Source: Candidatus Cloacimonadales bacterium (GTDB taxonomy: Bacteria; Cloacimonadota; Cloacimonadia; Cloacimonadales; JAIOQZ01). Taken from it: DNA of 64,000 nt. The number at the start of each line of letters is the position of its first letter. Position 1 is the stretch's first letter. Below are positions 1-9,383 of this stretch, piece after piece. Both the position numbers and the translations under genes were made by a program. The notes under the pieces were generated by a model. That model was not told the DNA's origin, did no database searches, and was given only the letters and a program-made list of their open reading frames with translations. The stretch spans positions 1,824,001 through 1,888,000 of the forward strand of contig OY762463.1 in the NCBI GenBank assembly GCA_963665815.1. Direction: 5' to 3'.

Positions 1-1838
1 GATGAAGCAGGTATTCTATCAATTAATTTCCCTTCCGAATTCAGCTTTTTACTGAAATCAGATATCGTGGGATTACTCAACAGAAGGTCTATTGTTGCAG
101 CCGAATCTATGCCTGTATTTACAGCAGTAATGATCTGTGCAGCAATAATAGAGTTTCCGCCAAGGCTGTAGAAATTGTCTGTTATCCCAATTTTATCTTG
201 TTTCAGGTATTTCCCCCAGATTTCTGCAAGAGAAACCTGTGTATCATTTTCAGGTGGAACAAAATCTGTTCTTGCAATGTTCCAGTCTGGTTCAGGCAGT
301 GTTTTTTTATCAATTTTACCATTATCTGTCAGTTTGAATTCATCAAGAATAACATAGCTTGCAGGAAGCATATAAGATGGCAGTTCTTCAGCTATTGATT
401 TCTTCAAATCATCTAAGGAGAAATCGTCTGATGTCCTAATATAAGCAACTATAGCTTTTTCTCCAACAAGATCATTTTTTACAAGAACAACGCAATCCTT
501 TACTTTATTCTGCTTAAGAATTACCGACTGTATCTCACCAAGTTCTATACGATAACCTCGAATTTTTACTTGCGAATCGAGTCGTCCAATACAGTCAAAC
601 TCACCATTAGGAAGTACTTTACCTAAGTCTCCGGTTTTATAGAGTTTTTCTCCATAAGTACCCGGTAATGGATTAGAAATGTAAGCTTTTTCAGTCATTT
701 CAGGCTGATTGTAATAACCTCGCCCGACACAGTCTCCACCAATGTAAATCTCCCCTGTCTCTCCCTCGGAAAGAACATTATAGTCCTCGTCAAGGATATA
801 TATCTGAGTATTATCTACAGGAACACCAATTGTAGGACTGTAATCAACTTCACCTTCATGTTCGATTACTTTTTCTGAAGCAATTACGGTACATTCACTC
901 GGTCCGTAAAGATTCACTACATCAGGAGAAAAGTCCTTCGCAGGTCTTCTCGTTAATCTGTCTCCACCTACATAAAGGTATTTCAACTTTGATTCTGGAG
1001 CAACCGGACTCAGCATAAACATCTCTGCAACAGGTGTTGGCAGAAATGAAGCTTTTATATTATTCTTTTCGTAGTATTCATGCAGTTTCTCAGGATTAAG
1101 AATCAGGCTGGAATCAAGGATATGTAATGTTAAACCTGAACACAGAGCAGTCCAGAATTCCCAGACAGATGCATCGAAACCCACTCTTGCCGACTGTGTA
1201 ACATTTGTACCAGCCTCAAAAGGGAAACGCCTGATATGCCAGTTCACCAGATTAAGCAGATTTCGGTGTTCTATACATATTCCTTTAGGTAAACCTGTAG
1301 AGCCTGATGTAAATATCAAATAAGCCAGATTTTCTTTATTGGCTCTGTCTTCCGGTTTAGAATCTCTGCTATTGATTTTATTGAGATTTATCAATCTTCG
1401 ATCAGGATCCGGAATAGATTCCAGCATCTTATCATTTGTGATTATCACAGGTGTGTCAGTAATGTTAATTGTATGATTCAGCCTTTCAATGGGATACTCC
1501 GGATCAAGAGAAACATAAGCACAACCGGCTTTCACCACCCCAAGAACTGAAATAACGTAGTCTATTGAACGATCAATATATATACCTATTGGAGTATCAG
1601 GTTTTACAGAGGATTCCTGTATTTCTACAGCAAGATCATCTGCTTTTTTTTTCAGTGTACCATATGTAATACTTTGATTATTGTGAACTACAGCTGTGAG
1701 ATCAGAATTAGCTTCTGCAATTTTATCAAAGAGTCTGTAAATATTATCTGCGTCAGGATGATCAACTTTTGTCCTGTTCAGATCAAAGACTAATTTATTC
1801 CATTCTTTTGTGTCCAGCTCTGCATTTTTAAGTTTCAT
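1..1838 (-). CDS. Non-ribosomal peptide synthetase, N-terminal part (adenylation + peptidyl-carrier domain), runs off the window start
   Basis: Not in ORF track (no stop in window). Manual translation from ATG at 1838: MKLKNAELDTKEW...KAGCAYVSLDPEYP...YLIFTSGSTGLPKG (A3)...GFDASVWE (A4)...NLYGPSE (A5)...GEIYIGGDCVGRGY (A6)...YKTGDL (A7)...GRLDSQVKIRGYRIELGEI (A8)...LPSYMLP (A9)...NGKIDK (A10), then DNFYSLGGNSI (PCP phosphopantetheine Ser at ~150-152). Confidence 0.95.
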   Translation of the reverse strand, partial: MKLKNAELDTKEWNKLVFDLNRTKVDHPDADNIYRLFDKIAEANSDLTAVVHNNQSITYGTLKKKADDLAVEIQESSVKPDTPIGIYIDRSIDYVISVLGVVKAGCAYVSLDPEYPIERLNHTINITDTPVIITNDKMLESIPDPDRRLINLNKINSRDSKPEDRANKENLAYLIFTSGSTGLPKGICIEHRNLLNLVNWHIRRFPFEAGTNVTQSARVGFDASVWEFWTALCSGLTLHILDSSLILNPEKLHEYYEKNNIKASFLPTPVAEMFMLSPVAPESKLKYLYVGGDRLTRRPAKDFSPDVVNLYGPSECTVIASEKVIEHEGEVDYSPTIGVPVDNTQIYILDEDYNVLSEGETGEIYIGGDCVGRGYYNQPEMTEKAYISNPLPGTYGEKLYKTGDLGKVLPNGEFDCIGRLDSQVKIRGYRIELGEIQSVILKQNKVKDCVVLVKNDLVGEKAIVAYIRTSDDFSLDDLKKSIAEELPSYMLPASYVILDEFKLTDNGKIDKKTLPEPDWNIARTDFVPPENDTQVSLAEIWGKYLKQDKIGITDNFYSLGGNSIIAAQIITAVNTGIDSAATIDLLLSNPTISDFSKKLNSEGKLIDRIPAS

Positions 1839-1840
1839 GA

Positions 1841-2419
1841 TTACTCCGAATCCTGATGTTCAAACTCATTTTTAAGTATTGAAAACAGATAAACATCGAA
1901 AAACTCTCTTCTGGATTCATGATACCCAAAGTCTCTTAGTCTGCCTTCCTTAGTAAAGTTTAGCTTCTCAAGCAGTTTGAATGATGGCAGATTACCCGGG
2001 CGAACAAGAGCCTGTATACGATGAAGTCCCATATCCTCAAAACCAAAACGAATTACTTCTGAAAGAACTTCAGTCATGATGCCTTTATTCCAGAATTCAC
2101 GCTTCAGATCATAGCCAATTTCGGCAATGGAGTTTTTAACAAATTTCCCGAAAAGGCATGTTCCTATCATCCTGCCGGTTAACTTATCAGCAACAGCCCA
2201 TCTCAGATATTCCTGTTTAGAATACTGTTCATCGAAAAAGCGGATTATAATCTTTGCAATATCCGGAGTTCCCGGACCATCCCAGTCCAGAAACTGAATA
2301 ACTTCCGGAGAATTATATAACTCACTGAAATCTTCAGAATCTGTCTCATTTATCTTTCTTAAAACACATCTTTCAGTTTTAAGAATAGGAAAATTCATAA
2401 AAGCTTTTTGTACGCTCAA
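1841..2419 (-). CDS. GNAT family N-acetyltransferase (RimJ/RimL type)
   Basis: FPILKTERCVLR N-terminus, AEIGYDL..FWNKGIMTE acetyl-CoA motif, N.PS.KLLEKLNF..EG; TTG start with AGGAG RBS. Confidence 0.9.
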   Translation of the reverse strand: MSVQKAFMNFPILKTERCVLRKINETDSEDFSELYNSPEVIQFLDWDGPGTPDIAKIIIRFFDEQYSKQEYLRWAVADKLTGRMIGTCLFGKFVKNSIAEIGYDLKREFWNKGIMTEVLSEVIRFGFEDMGLHRIQALVRPGNLPSFKLLEKLNFTKEGRLRDFGYHESRREFFDVYLFSILKNEFEHQDSE

Positions 2420-2442
2420 GCCAAACTCCTGTTACATTGTTA

Positions 2443-3450
2443 CTAATACCCTGCAGGATTCTTTACCTGCCAGTTCCACATATCTACACACATTTTATCT
2501 ATACTGTATTTTGCTTTCCAATTCATTTTGTTTAACGCTTTTTCCGGATCTGCATAAGAAGTAGCAATATCTCCGGATCTTCTTTCGGTAACTTTGTAAG
2601 GAACTGCTTTTCCAGTAGCCTTTTCAAATTCCTTTATAATCTGTAAAACGGAGTAACCTGCACCTGTTCCAAGGTTGATAATTTCCAGTCCGCATTCTTT
2701 CTTAAGAAGATCTAATGCCGAAATATGTCCATCCACAAGATCAAGAATATGAATGTAGTCTCTGACTCCTGTTCCATCCGGTGTATCATAATCATCACCA
2801 AACACTGACAGCATTTCTCTTTTACCTATCAGCACCTGAACAATAAACGGGAACAGATTATTAGGTTTACCATTAGGATCTTCTCCAATTAATCCTGATT
2901 CATGTGCTCCAACCGGGTTAAAATATCTGAGCAATACGATATTCCAGTTATTCTCAGCTTTGTACAAATCCTGCATAATATGTTCTACCATAAGCTTAGA
3001 CTGTCCATAAGGATTTGTTGGTCCAAGGTCAGCTTTTTCTGTAAGCGGAATCTCACTTGGCTCACCGTAAACAGTTGCAGAAGAACTGAATATAATATTT
3101 CGTACGTCATTCTCATTCATTACTTCAAGTAGATTCAATGTACCGGTAACATTGTTTTCGTAGTACATCAATGGTTTTTCCACAGATTCCCCTACAGCCT
3201 TCAAGCCAGCAAAGTGAATTGTTCCGAAGATATCGTTTTCCTTGAATATCTTTCTGAGAATCTCCTTATCTCTAATATCGCCTTCGTAGAATTTAACATT
3301 CTTTCCGGTGATTTTCTTTATTCTATCAAACACAACAGGATTACTGTTACTATAGTTATCTATTACAACAGGTTCATAACCCTGATTTAACAATTCAACA
3401 CATGTATGACTTCCAATAAAACCGGCTCCCCCGGTCACTAATATTTTCAT
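2443..3450 (-). CDS. galE: UDP-glucose 4-epimerase
   Basis: GGAGFIGSH, HFAGLKAVGES, YGQSK, LRYFNPVGAHESG, DGTGVRDYIH. Confidence 0.97.
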   Translation of the reverse strand: MKILVTGGAGFIGSHTCVELLNQGYEPVVIDNYSNSNPVVFDRIKKITGKNVKFYEGDIRDKEILRKIFKENDIFGTIHFAGLKAVGESVEKPLMYYENNVTGTLNLLEVMNENDVRNIIFSSSATVYGEPSEIPLTEKADLGPTNPYGQSKLMVEHIMQDLYKAENNWNIVLLRYFNPVGAHESGLIGEDPNGKPNNLFPFIVQVLIGKREMLSVFGDDYDTPDGTGVRDYIHILDLVDGHISALDLLKKECGLEIINLGTGAGYSVLQIIKEFEKATGKAVPYKVTERRSGDIATSYADPEKALNKMNWKAKYSIDKMCVDMWNWQVKNPAGY

Positions 3451-3464
3451 TTATCCTCCATTTA

Positions 3465-4595
3465 TCAGCAGTATTTTCTCCAGATGTTAAGTGCTTTCTT
3501 TTTCATTGTTTTTAAGTTTCCTGAATTCAGAACCCTTAATACATGGCGATCCGGAGGCAGTAGCCCCAGTAAATAAGGCACAGCCAGAAACAATCGTTGT
3601 CTTGGGTGGTGCATTGCCCAGTGTGCACTTTTAATTCTTAGCTTATCAATAAGTCTGTTTTTAACAGTATTCTTGAGTAGTTTTACAATATTGAAACCAT
3701 ATTTTCGATCTCTTGCAATGCATTTTGTATATTCATCAAAATTCAACTCATTCTTACCGTAATATTCGGAAAAAACCTGTAAGTAAACACTTGAGAAAAT
3801 TTTAACAGTATTTTTATGGTATTCCTTCAGTTCCTCTCTTGTATCAAACAACAGAGAAGGTTTAAGTTTATATTCAATAGAAAGCAGATACTCCTTAATA
3901 AGCTCATACAAATCTATGTTAGGCACATACTCCAGCTTGCAGAATCTCTCTTTTCTTTCAGTGTATGAAAAGTGATAAATCTTTCTCATCATCATAAGAG
4001 CATCGCCGGCTGCCATAATTGCTTTTTTGCAGTTCCTTTCAACAAATTCTCTGTTATGTCTGTTCCATTCTCCATCAATATACTCTTCACAAAGCAGTAA
4101 TCCCATAGCTCTGTTAAGAAGCAGTTTTAATGCTTCGATCTGAGGCATCTGGAATCCGTAGTACTTTGGAATCTCCTGAAGAATATCATAACTATTGTAC
4201 ACATATATGTAACCATGCTGTAATTCATACCACATCAGATGGAATGGGATATCCGGTATTCTGCTTACAGGCAGGGGAGAACTGAAATCAACCTCAATTC
4301 CAATTTGCTCAGTTAACTTTTCTGATAGTGCACTCAATTTTTTTCTGAACTTCCTGAGCTTGCTACCGGACAGGTTTGATGTGAATATAAAGAAATCGTA
4401 ATCATTGAACAGCATTTCAGTCTTATCTTCAAACCAGACTCCCCCTTCTCCTCTACCGTATCCTCCGCCAAGTACTATGGCTTTTATATCTTTTTCTGAG
4501 AATGTCTCAAGTACAGCGTCTTTTACAATCTGTAAATCAGCTTCAACTTTAGCATCTATCTCAGAAGAACCATAAATTGTATATTTTGATTTCAT
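3465..4595 (-). CDS. Pol-beta superfamily nucleotidyltransferase-like protein
   Basis: IVLGGGYGRGEGG...NDYDF (hG[GS]..DxD) plus third acid in EVDF; helical C-terminal domain. Confidence 0.65.
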   Translation of the reverse strand: MKSKYTIYGSSEIDAKVEADLQIVKDAVLETFSEKDIKAIVLGGGYGRGEGGVWFEDKTEMLFNDYDFFIFTSNLSGSKLRKFRKKLSALSEKLTEQIGIEVDFSSPLPVSRIPDIPFHLMWYELQHGYIYVYNSYDILQEIPKYYGFQMPQIEALKLLLNRAMGLLLCEEYIDGEWNRHNREFVERNCKKAIMAAGDALMMMRKIYHFSYTERKERFCKLEYVPNIDLYELIKEYLLSIEYKLKPSLLFDTREELKEYHKNTVKIFSSVYLQVFSEYYGKNELNFDEYTKCIARDRKYGFNIVKLLKNTVKNRLIDKLRIKSAHWAMHHPRQRLFLAVPYLLGLLPPDRHVLRVLNSGNLKTMKKKALNIWRKYC

Positions 4596-4604
4596 AAGAC
4601 CGCC

Positions 4605-6008
4605 TTAATGCAATTTTATCTTTCCTGAAAGTCTGTTTTTCATAGCTTTCAATACAATAGAAATATCTGTTTTTAAGCTTTTATGGGTCAGGTAATACAT
4701 ATCATCCAGCATAACCTGATTTTCATCTCTTTCACTCGGGAAGATTTCCGAATACTGAAATACTCCCGGTCGGTAATCAGTCAACAAATCTGATGTATCT
4801 ACATCATTCTGTGCTTCCACCAGTCTACAGCCAACAAGATTGATCTTGCCTGTCAGTACATCAAAAAGCAAAGGATATTTATCAAGAAGAAATCTATAGA
4901 AAAGTTTTGATCCCGAAGTATGCTCCACAAAAACGGTTTTCAGGAATCTCTCTATAGAACCATCCGCTTTTGCATAGAATTTTGTACTTTTCTGCCTGAT
5001 AATTTTGGTATTTATCAGCATCCTAATTATTGCTTCCGGCATATACAATACTCCGATAAGTATTCCGGCTAAAACCTTATCAAAAAATCTCTGCATAAAG
5101 GTGTTAACCATATTCTCCTGTATACCTGAAATCAGAAAGGCATCAGATATTTTCATAGACTCACCTGAATCAGGATCAATTAGAACATCCTTATAAACAA
5201 TCTTGTTATCTATATCAAGTTCCGAGCCAATATATGAAAGATCATAAACAATACTGTTTTTAACATGAGCCCCATTATCAATAATAACATTATTCCCGAT
5301 AATTGCTTCCGGACCAACTTCCGTATCTGCTTTTAACTGAACATTATCACCAAGTATTATAGGCTTTTTCAAATCTGCAGATTTTGGATAAATTATATTC
5401 TTACCGAGAAATACAAATTCTTCGTTGTTATATCCGGGAAGAACATAGTTGCTGCTTTCTTCATGGAGAACATAAAAGTTCAAGTCGTAATACAGTTTAA
5501 TATTGCTGATCTCTGTTATTCTGATACTGTCGGATGATTCAGATCTAAAATTATCAAAACTACTTCTTAAATCTTCTTTTCTAATAAAGTATATTCCTGT
5601 ATCTCCATCAATCAATTTAGATGAATCTTTCATGTCAGCAATCAGATTTTTCGGGAAATTGTTCTTGTCATAATGCAGAAAACCATACCCGTTAAAAACC
5701 AGAATGTCAGCATCTTTACAAAATGAGTTATTTTTAAGAATTACTTTCTTGAGAGAATCACCCGGCTTAGCAATACTATAGCTTATGTTGACTCCCCATT
5801 TATCACCGGAACCAAAATAATACTCCATTTCTGTATTCTGATGGGATGAGACAAAACGAATTTCCTCAATTCCATTCAGAGAACAAAAATCGAGAAAGTA
5901 CTCAAAAACCGGTTTATTCGCAATTTTCAGAAGATACGGGTGTAAATTCTGAAAATATTTGTGCAGCCAGTCAGTCTGTTTAACGGCACTGTAAACAAGA
6001 GCTTTCAT
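4605..6008 (-). CDS. Degenerate NDP-sugar pyrophosphorylase + left-handed beta-helix + C-terminal degenerate sugar-transferase (Bac_transf-like) domain
   Basis: LLKIANKPVFEY, YFGSGDKWGVNISY, hexapeptide repeats (IILGDNVQL, AIIGNNVII); C-term DVLTGKINLVG..RPGVF..DMYYL..SLKTDISIVLK; GGxGTR signature absent. Confidence 0.75.
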   Translation of the reverse strand: MKALVYSAVKQTDWLHKYFQNLHPYLLKIANKPVFEYFLDFCSLNGIEEIRFVSSHQNTEMEYYFGSGDKWGVNISYSIAKPGDSLKKVILKNNSFCKDADILVFNGYGFLHYDKNNFPKNLIADMKDSSKLIDGDTGIYFIRKEDLRSSFDNFRSESSDSIRITEISNIKLYYDLNFYVLHEESSNYVLPGYNNEEFVFLGKNIIYPKSADLKKPIILGDNVQLKADTEVGPEAIIGNNVIIDNGAHVKNSIVYDLSYIGSELDIDNKIVYKDVLIDPDSGESMKISDAFLISGIQENMVNTFMQRFFDKVLAGILIGVLYMPEAIIRMLINTKIIRQKSTKFYAKADGSIERFLKTVFVEHTSGSKLFYRFLLDKYPLLFDVLTGKINLVGCRLVEAQNDVDTSDLLTDYRPGVFQYSEIFPSERDENQVMLDDMYYLTHKSLKTDISIVLKAMKNRLSGKIKLH

Positions 6009-6019
6009 AATAGATTCCG

Positions 6020-6349
6020 TTAAAACGCTTCAAGAGCAGATTCTACATCATCAAATACATCAAATATTTTGTAAGCTCTGGTAATTTCGAATACCATACG
6101 AGGTTTAGCCTGTAATTTAGCTATGTATATATCCCCATTCAATTCAGAAACATATTTCAGGCAGGCTACAATCGCTCCAAGCCCTGTACTGTCAATAAAT
6201 TCAAGTTTACCAAGATCAAAAACAAAATTCCTGCTTTTACTCAGATAATCCTGAAAATGATCTTTCAGAACTTTCGAGTTAGATGCATCCAGTCTTCCCT
6301 CAAGACTTACGATGCCGGCACCCTTTCTTATTTCAAACGAGATATTCAT
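6020..6349 (-). CDS. STAS-domain anti-sigma-factor antagonist (SpoIIAA/RsbV/SypA-like)
   Basis: SLEGRLDA, DLGKLEFIDSTGLGAIV with the conserved phospho-acceptor Ser. Confidence 0.92.
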   Translation of the reverse strand: MNISFEIRKGAGIVSLEGRLDASNSKVLKDHFQDYLSKSRNFVFDLGKLEFIDSTGLGAIVACLKYVSELNGDIYIAKLQAKPRMVFEITRAYKIFDVFDDVESALEAF

Positions 6350-7314
6350 TTTTCCTCCAGATTACTCTTTTGTTTGTACCAGAGAGTAAATCTTCTAATT
6401 CCTTCTTCAAAACTTGTTGTGGGTTTATAATTTAGTTTATTCTCTGCCTTTGTAATATCGGCATAAGTAATATCAACATCACCAGGCTGCATTTCCATAT
6501 ATTTCTTTTTGGCTTTAATTCCAAGACTATCTTCAATTGTTTGAATCATTTCTGTTAGTTTAACCGGGCTGTTATTACCCAGATTGATAACATCATAAGA
6601 GCATTTCGATCTGTTATACTCAACAGCACTTGTTATTCCTGAAACAATATCTTCAATAAACGTATAATCACGGCTGGTAGAGCCATCACCAAATACTGTA
6701 ATTTCTTTCCCTGAAGAAATAAGATCAGTGAATTTATGAATAGCCAAATCAGGTCTCTGACGAGGTCCATAGACTGTAAAGAATCTTAATATTGTAGAAG
6801 AAACACCATAGAGATGATAATAATTATGAATTATCAATTCGCAAGCTTTCTTTGTCGATGCATAAGGTGATATTGGAAAGTCCACATTATCTGACTCGGA
6901 GAAAGGTATTTTTTTATTATTTCCATAGATAGATGATGTAGAAGCAAAAATAAGATTCTTCACATCATACTTTTTCATTACTTCAAGAATTTTGATCGTA
7001 CCATTAATGTTTACGTCAGCATAGTATTCCGGATTCTCAATAGAAGGTCTCACCCCAGCCATTCCAGCGAGATGAATCACAATATCAATCCTGTTATCAC
7101 TAAAAATTCTGTTTAGAAAATCACTGTCTCTTATATCTCCTTCACACAGTGTAAAATTACCATCATTCAGTATATTCTTTATATTATTCCTTTTGATCTC
7201 AGGATTATAATAATTACAAAAATTATCAAGGCAGAAGATCTGATTCTCTTTTATTAGCGATTCGCAAAGATTTGATCCTATGAATCCGGCTCCACCTGTT
7301 ACTAAAATTTTCAT
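6346..7314 (-). CDS. NAD-dependent nucleotide-sugar epimerase (UDP-glucuronate 4-epimerase-like)
   Basis: GGAGFIGS, HLAGMAGVRPS, PISPYASTK, RFFTVYGPRQRPDLA, QPGDV. Confidence 0.9.
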   Translation of the reverse strand: MKILVTGGAGFIGSNLCESLIKENQIFCLDNFCNYYNPEIKRNNIKNILNDGNFTLCEGDIRDSDFLNRIFSDNRIDIVIHLAGMAGVRPSIENPEYYADVNINGTIKILEVMKKYDVKNLIFASTSSIYGNNKKIPFSESDNVDFPISPYASTKKACELIIHNYYHLYGVSSTILRFFTVYGPRQRPDLAIHKFTDLISSGKEITVFGDGSTSRDYTFIEDIVSGITSAVEYNRSKCSYDVINLGNNSPVKLTEMIQTIEDSLGIKAKKKYMEMQPGDVDITYADITKAENKLNYKPTTSFEEGIRRFTLWYKQKSNLEEK

Positions 7315-7324
7315 TTATGCTCCT

Positions 7325-8044
7325 TTAATATGCGCCCTTTCCTGTTATGACCGCAGGAATAGTATTGAGAAGAATTTTGAGATCTTCCCAGAGGCTCTGA
7401 CTCTTTATGTATTTTTTATCCAGTTCGACCTGTTGATCAAATGGAATTTCGCTTCTTCCGCTTACCTGCCAGATGCAGGTGATTCCAGGTTTAACATGAA
7501 GTCTTTTTCTGTCTTCAAGAGAATATTCGGCAACTTCTCTCGGGATTGGAGGTCTTGGACCAACAAGACTCATGTCACCAATAAACACATTGTACAATTG
7601 AGGTAACTCATCAATACTGAATCGTCTGATAACTCGACCGACTTTTGTAATTCTGGGATCCTTCTTCATCTTGAAGATGACACCTGCTTGAGATTCATTC
7701 TGATTAAGTAATTTGTCTTTAAACTTATCCGCATTCATTATCATAGACCTGAACTTATAAAAATCAAAGTGTTTACCATTGAGTCCAACTCTCTTCTGTG
7801 TGTAAAATACAGGACCCGGATCCTCTAGTTTTATCAAAATTGCAGTAATGAAGAATACCGGAGACAAAACAACCATTCCCAAAACTGACAGAACAACATC
7901 AATCAATCTCTTCAATCCATAAGAAAACTTGATTGTCAGTTCCCAGAGTATCAGTTTTCTGAGATGTCTTGTTTTTCTTTCTTCAATATTGCTGTCATCA
8001 AGCTGATTAATTATTTTCCGACGAAAATCTTTATCTACTGCCAT
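7325..8044 (-). CDS. Priming phosphoglycosyltransferase (sugar transferase, WcaJ/WbaP/PglC family)
   Basis: KRLID, KFRSM, DPRITKVGR, DELPQLYNVFIGDMSLVGPRP, KPGITCIWQVSGRS. Confidence 0.95.
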   Translation of the reverse strand: MAVDKDFRRKIINQLDDSNIEERKTRHLRKLILWELTIKFSYGLKRLIDVVLSVLGMVVLSPVFFITAILIKLEDPGPVFYTQKRVGLNGKHFDFYKFRSMIMNADKFKDKLLNQNESQAGVIFKMKKDPRITKVGRVIRRFSIDELPQLYNVFIGDMSLVGPRPPIPREVAEYSLEDRKRLHVKPGITCIWQVSGRSEIPFDQQVELDKKYIKSQSLWEDLKILLNTIPAVITGKGAY

Positions 8045-9371
8045 CTCTGCCTCTCATTCTGTGCTTCCAGTCAAGGACTCTGAGCAAAAATAACGGATTT
8101 CCGATAATGTATCTACGCCACATTCTTCCCGGTTCTTTATACAATCTGTAACTCCATTCCATACCTATTTCTCTGAGCCACCTTGGTGCTCTTTCTATTC
8201 TTTCCGAATAAAAATCGAACAAACCGCCAACTCCAAGAACTACATTTGCATTTATCTTGTCTCTGTAATCATTAATCCACTTTTCCTGTAATGGTGCCCC
8301 AAATGCAACAAACAGGATTTCAGCTTTACTTTCGTTTATCGCTGTAACAATTTCTCTACTGTGAGATCTGTCAAAATAGCCGTCTGCTGTTCCGCAGATG
8401 TTAAGTCCAGGAAAATCTGATTCGAGCTTCCGCTTCATCTGGTCTGCAACTCCGGGTTTTCCTCCGAGAAGATAAATTCTGTAGCTGTTTTCAATTGCCA
8501 GATCTCTGATATACGGAAACATATCTGTACCATTGATGTTCTCCTTTAAAGGAGTGCCCAGCATCTTGCAGGCAATATGAACACCAATACCATCGGGATA
8601 CACAATATCGTTATTCTTGATAATACTGTAGTAATCTTTATCAGAATACATTTTGTTAAAACAATCAGGATTAACATAATAGATTGTAATTTTTTTATCT
8701 GTCTTCACAGCTTTATCAATATCTTCAACAGCCTGATTCATAGTTTTATTATCAAAATCAATTCCAATCAGATTCACTTTCTGTTCAAATTCAGAATTTC
8801 CTCCAGAGTACAACAATGCAGGTAGTCCTTTAAGAAGAAGCATCAGGTCATACACAGGATTCCTTTTGTAAGTGAATTCCCATTCCGTGTTAAATCTGCC
8901 TTCATAAGCTGTTCTACTCGCCTGCCGTATAAACCACAAACTGATTAATCCGGGATTACTATCAAGAAGGTAAGATTCTCCCAATTGTCTTTCTTCACTG
9001 GAATATTCTCTAATACTAACTCCAACAAGATCAATTTCACCTGTCAAAACATAGTATATAAGACTTAATTTATTCAGTTTATCATTAACAATGTTATAGT
9101 ACTTCACTTTAAGTGGTTTTCCATGTATGCCAAACACTGTTTTTTCAGTAAACACGGATTTTCCTGTTAACGATTCTCTTAAATATAATAATACTAAAAT
9201 TACTGCGTTCACAGGAAGAAAAATGAAAAACAGACCTATTGAAATGAGATAACTGATCAGACCATAAACAAATTTAATCAGCATTGATTCAATAACATAA
9301 GCAGATTTTCTGGATTTCCCCTTCAATCTGTTTTCAAGCTTATTTATCTGTCTCAGTTTTCTTTTATCCAT
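8031..9371 (-). CDS. WecB/TagA/CpsF family glycosyltransferase (GT26) with N-terminal degenerate sugar-transferase domain
   Basis: PDGIGV, NGTD, LLGGKPGVA, LFVAFGAPLQEKWI, GVGGLFDF, RAPRW..GMEW.YRL..EPGRMWRRY. Confidence 0.93.
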   Translation of the reverse strand: MDKRKLRQINKLENRLKGKSRKSAYVIESMLIKFVYGLISYLISIGLFFIFLPVNAVILVLLYLRESLTGKSVFTEKTVFGIHGKPLKVKYYNIVNDKLNKLSLIYYVLTGEIDLVGVSIREYSSEERQLGESYLLDSNPGLISLWFIRQASRTAYEGRFNTEWEFTYKRNPVYDLMLLLKGLPALLYSGGNSEFEQKVNLIGIDFDNKTMNQAVEDIDKAVKTDKKITIYYVNPDCFNKMYSDKDYYSIIKNNDIVYPDGIGVHIACKMLGTPLKENINGTDMFPYIRDLAIENSYRIYLLGGKPGVADQMKRKLESDFPGLNICGTADGYFDRSHSREIVTAINESKAEILFVAFGAPLQEKWINDYRDKINANVVLGVGGLFDFYSERIERAPRWLREIGMEWSYRLYKEPGRMWRRYIIGNPLFLLRVLDWKHRMRGRDGSR

Positions 9372-9383
9372 TCGTCAAACCTG

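Noticed and set aside
175-398. Two short plus-strand ORFs in the track
   Set aside because: They are antisense shadows of the minus-strand NRPS, which has clear A/PCP motifs
3465-4595. Possible CBASS CD-NTase or toxin-antitoxin MNT
   Set aside because: No Cap effector, HEPN partner or other defence gene nearby; the gene is coupled within a glycan operon
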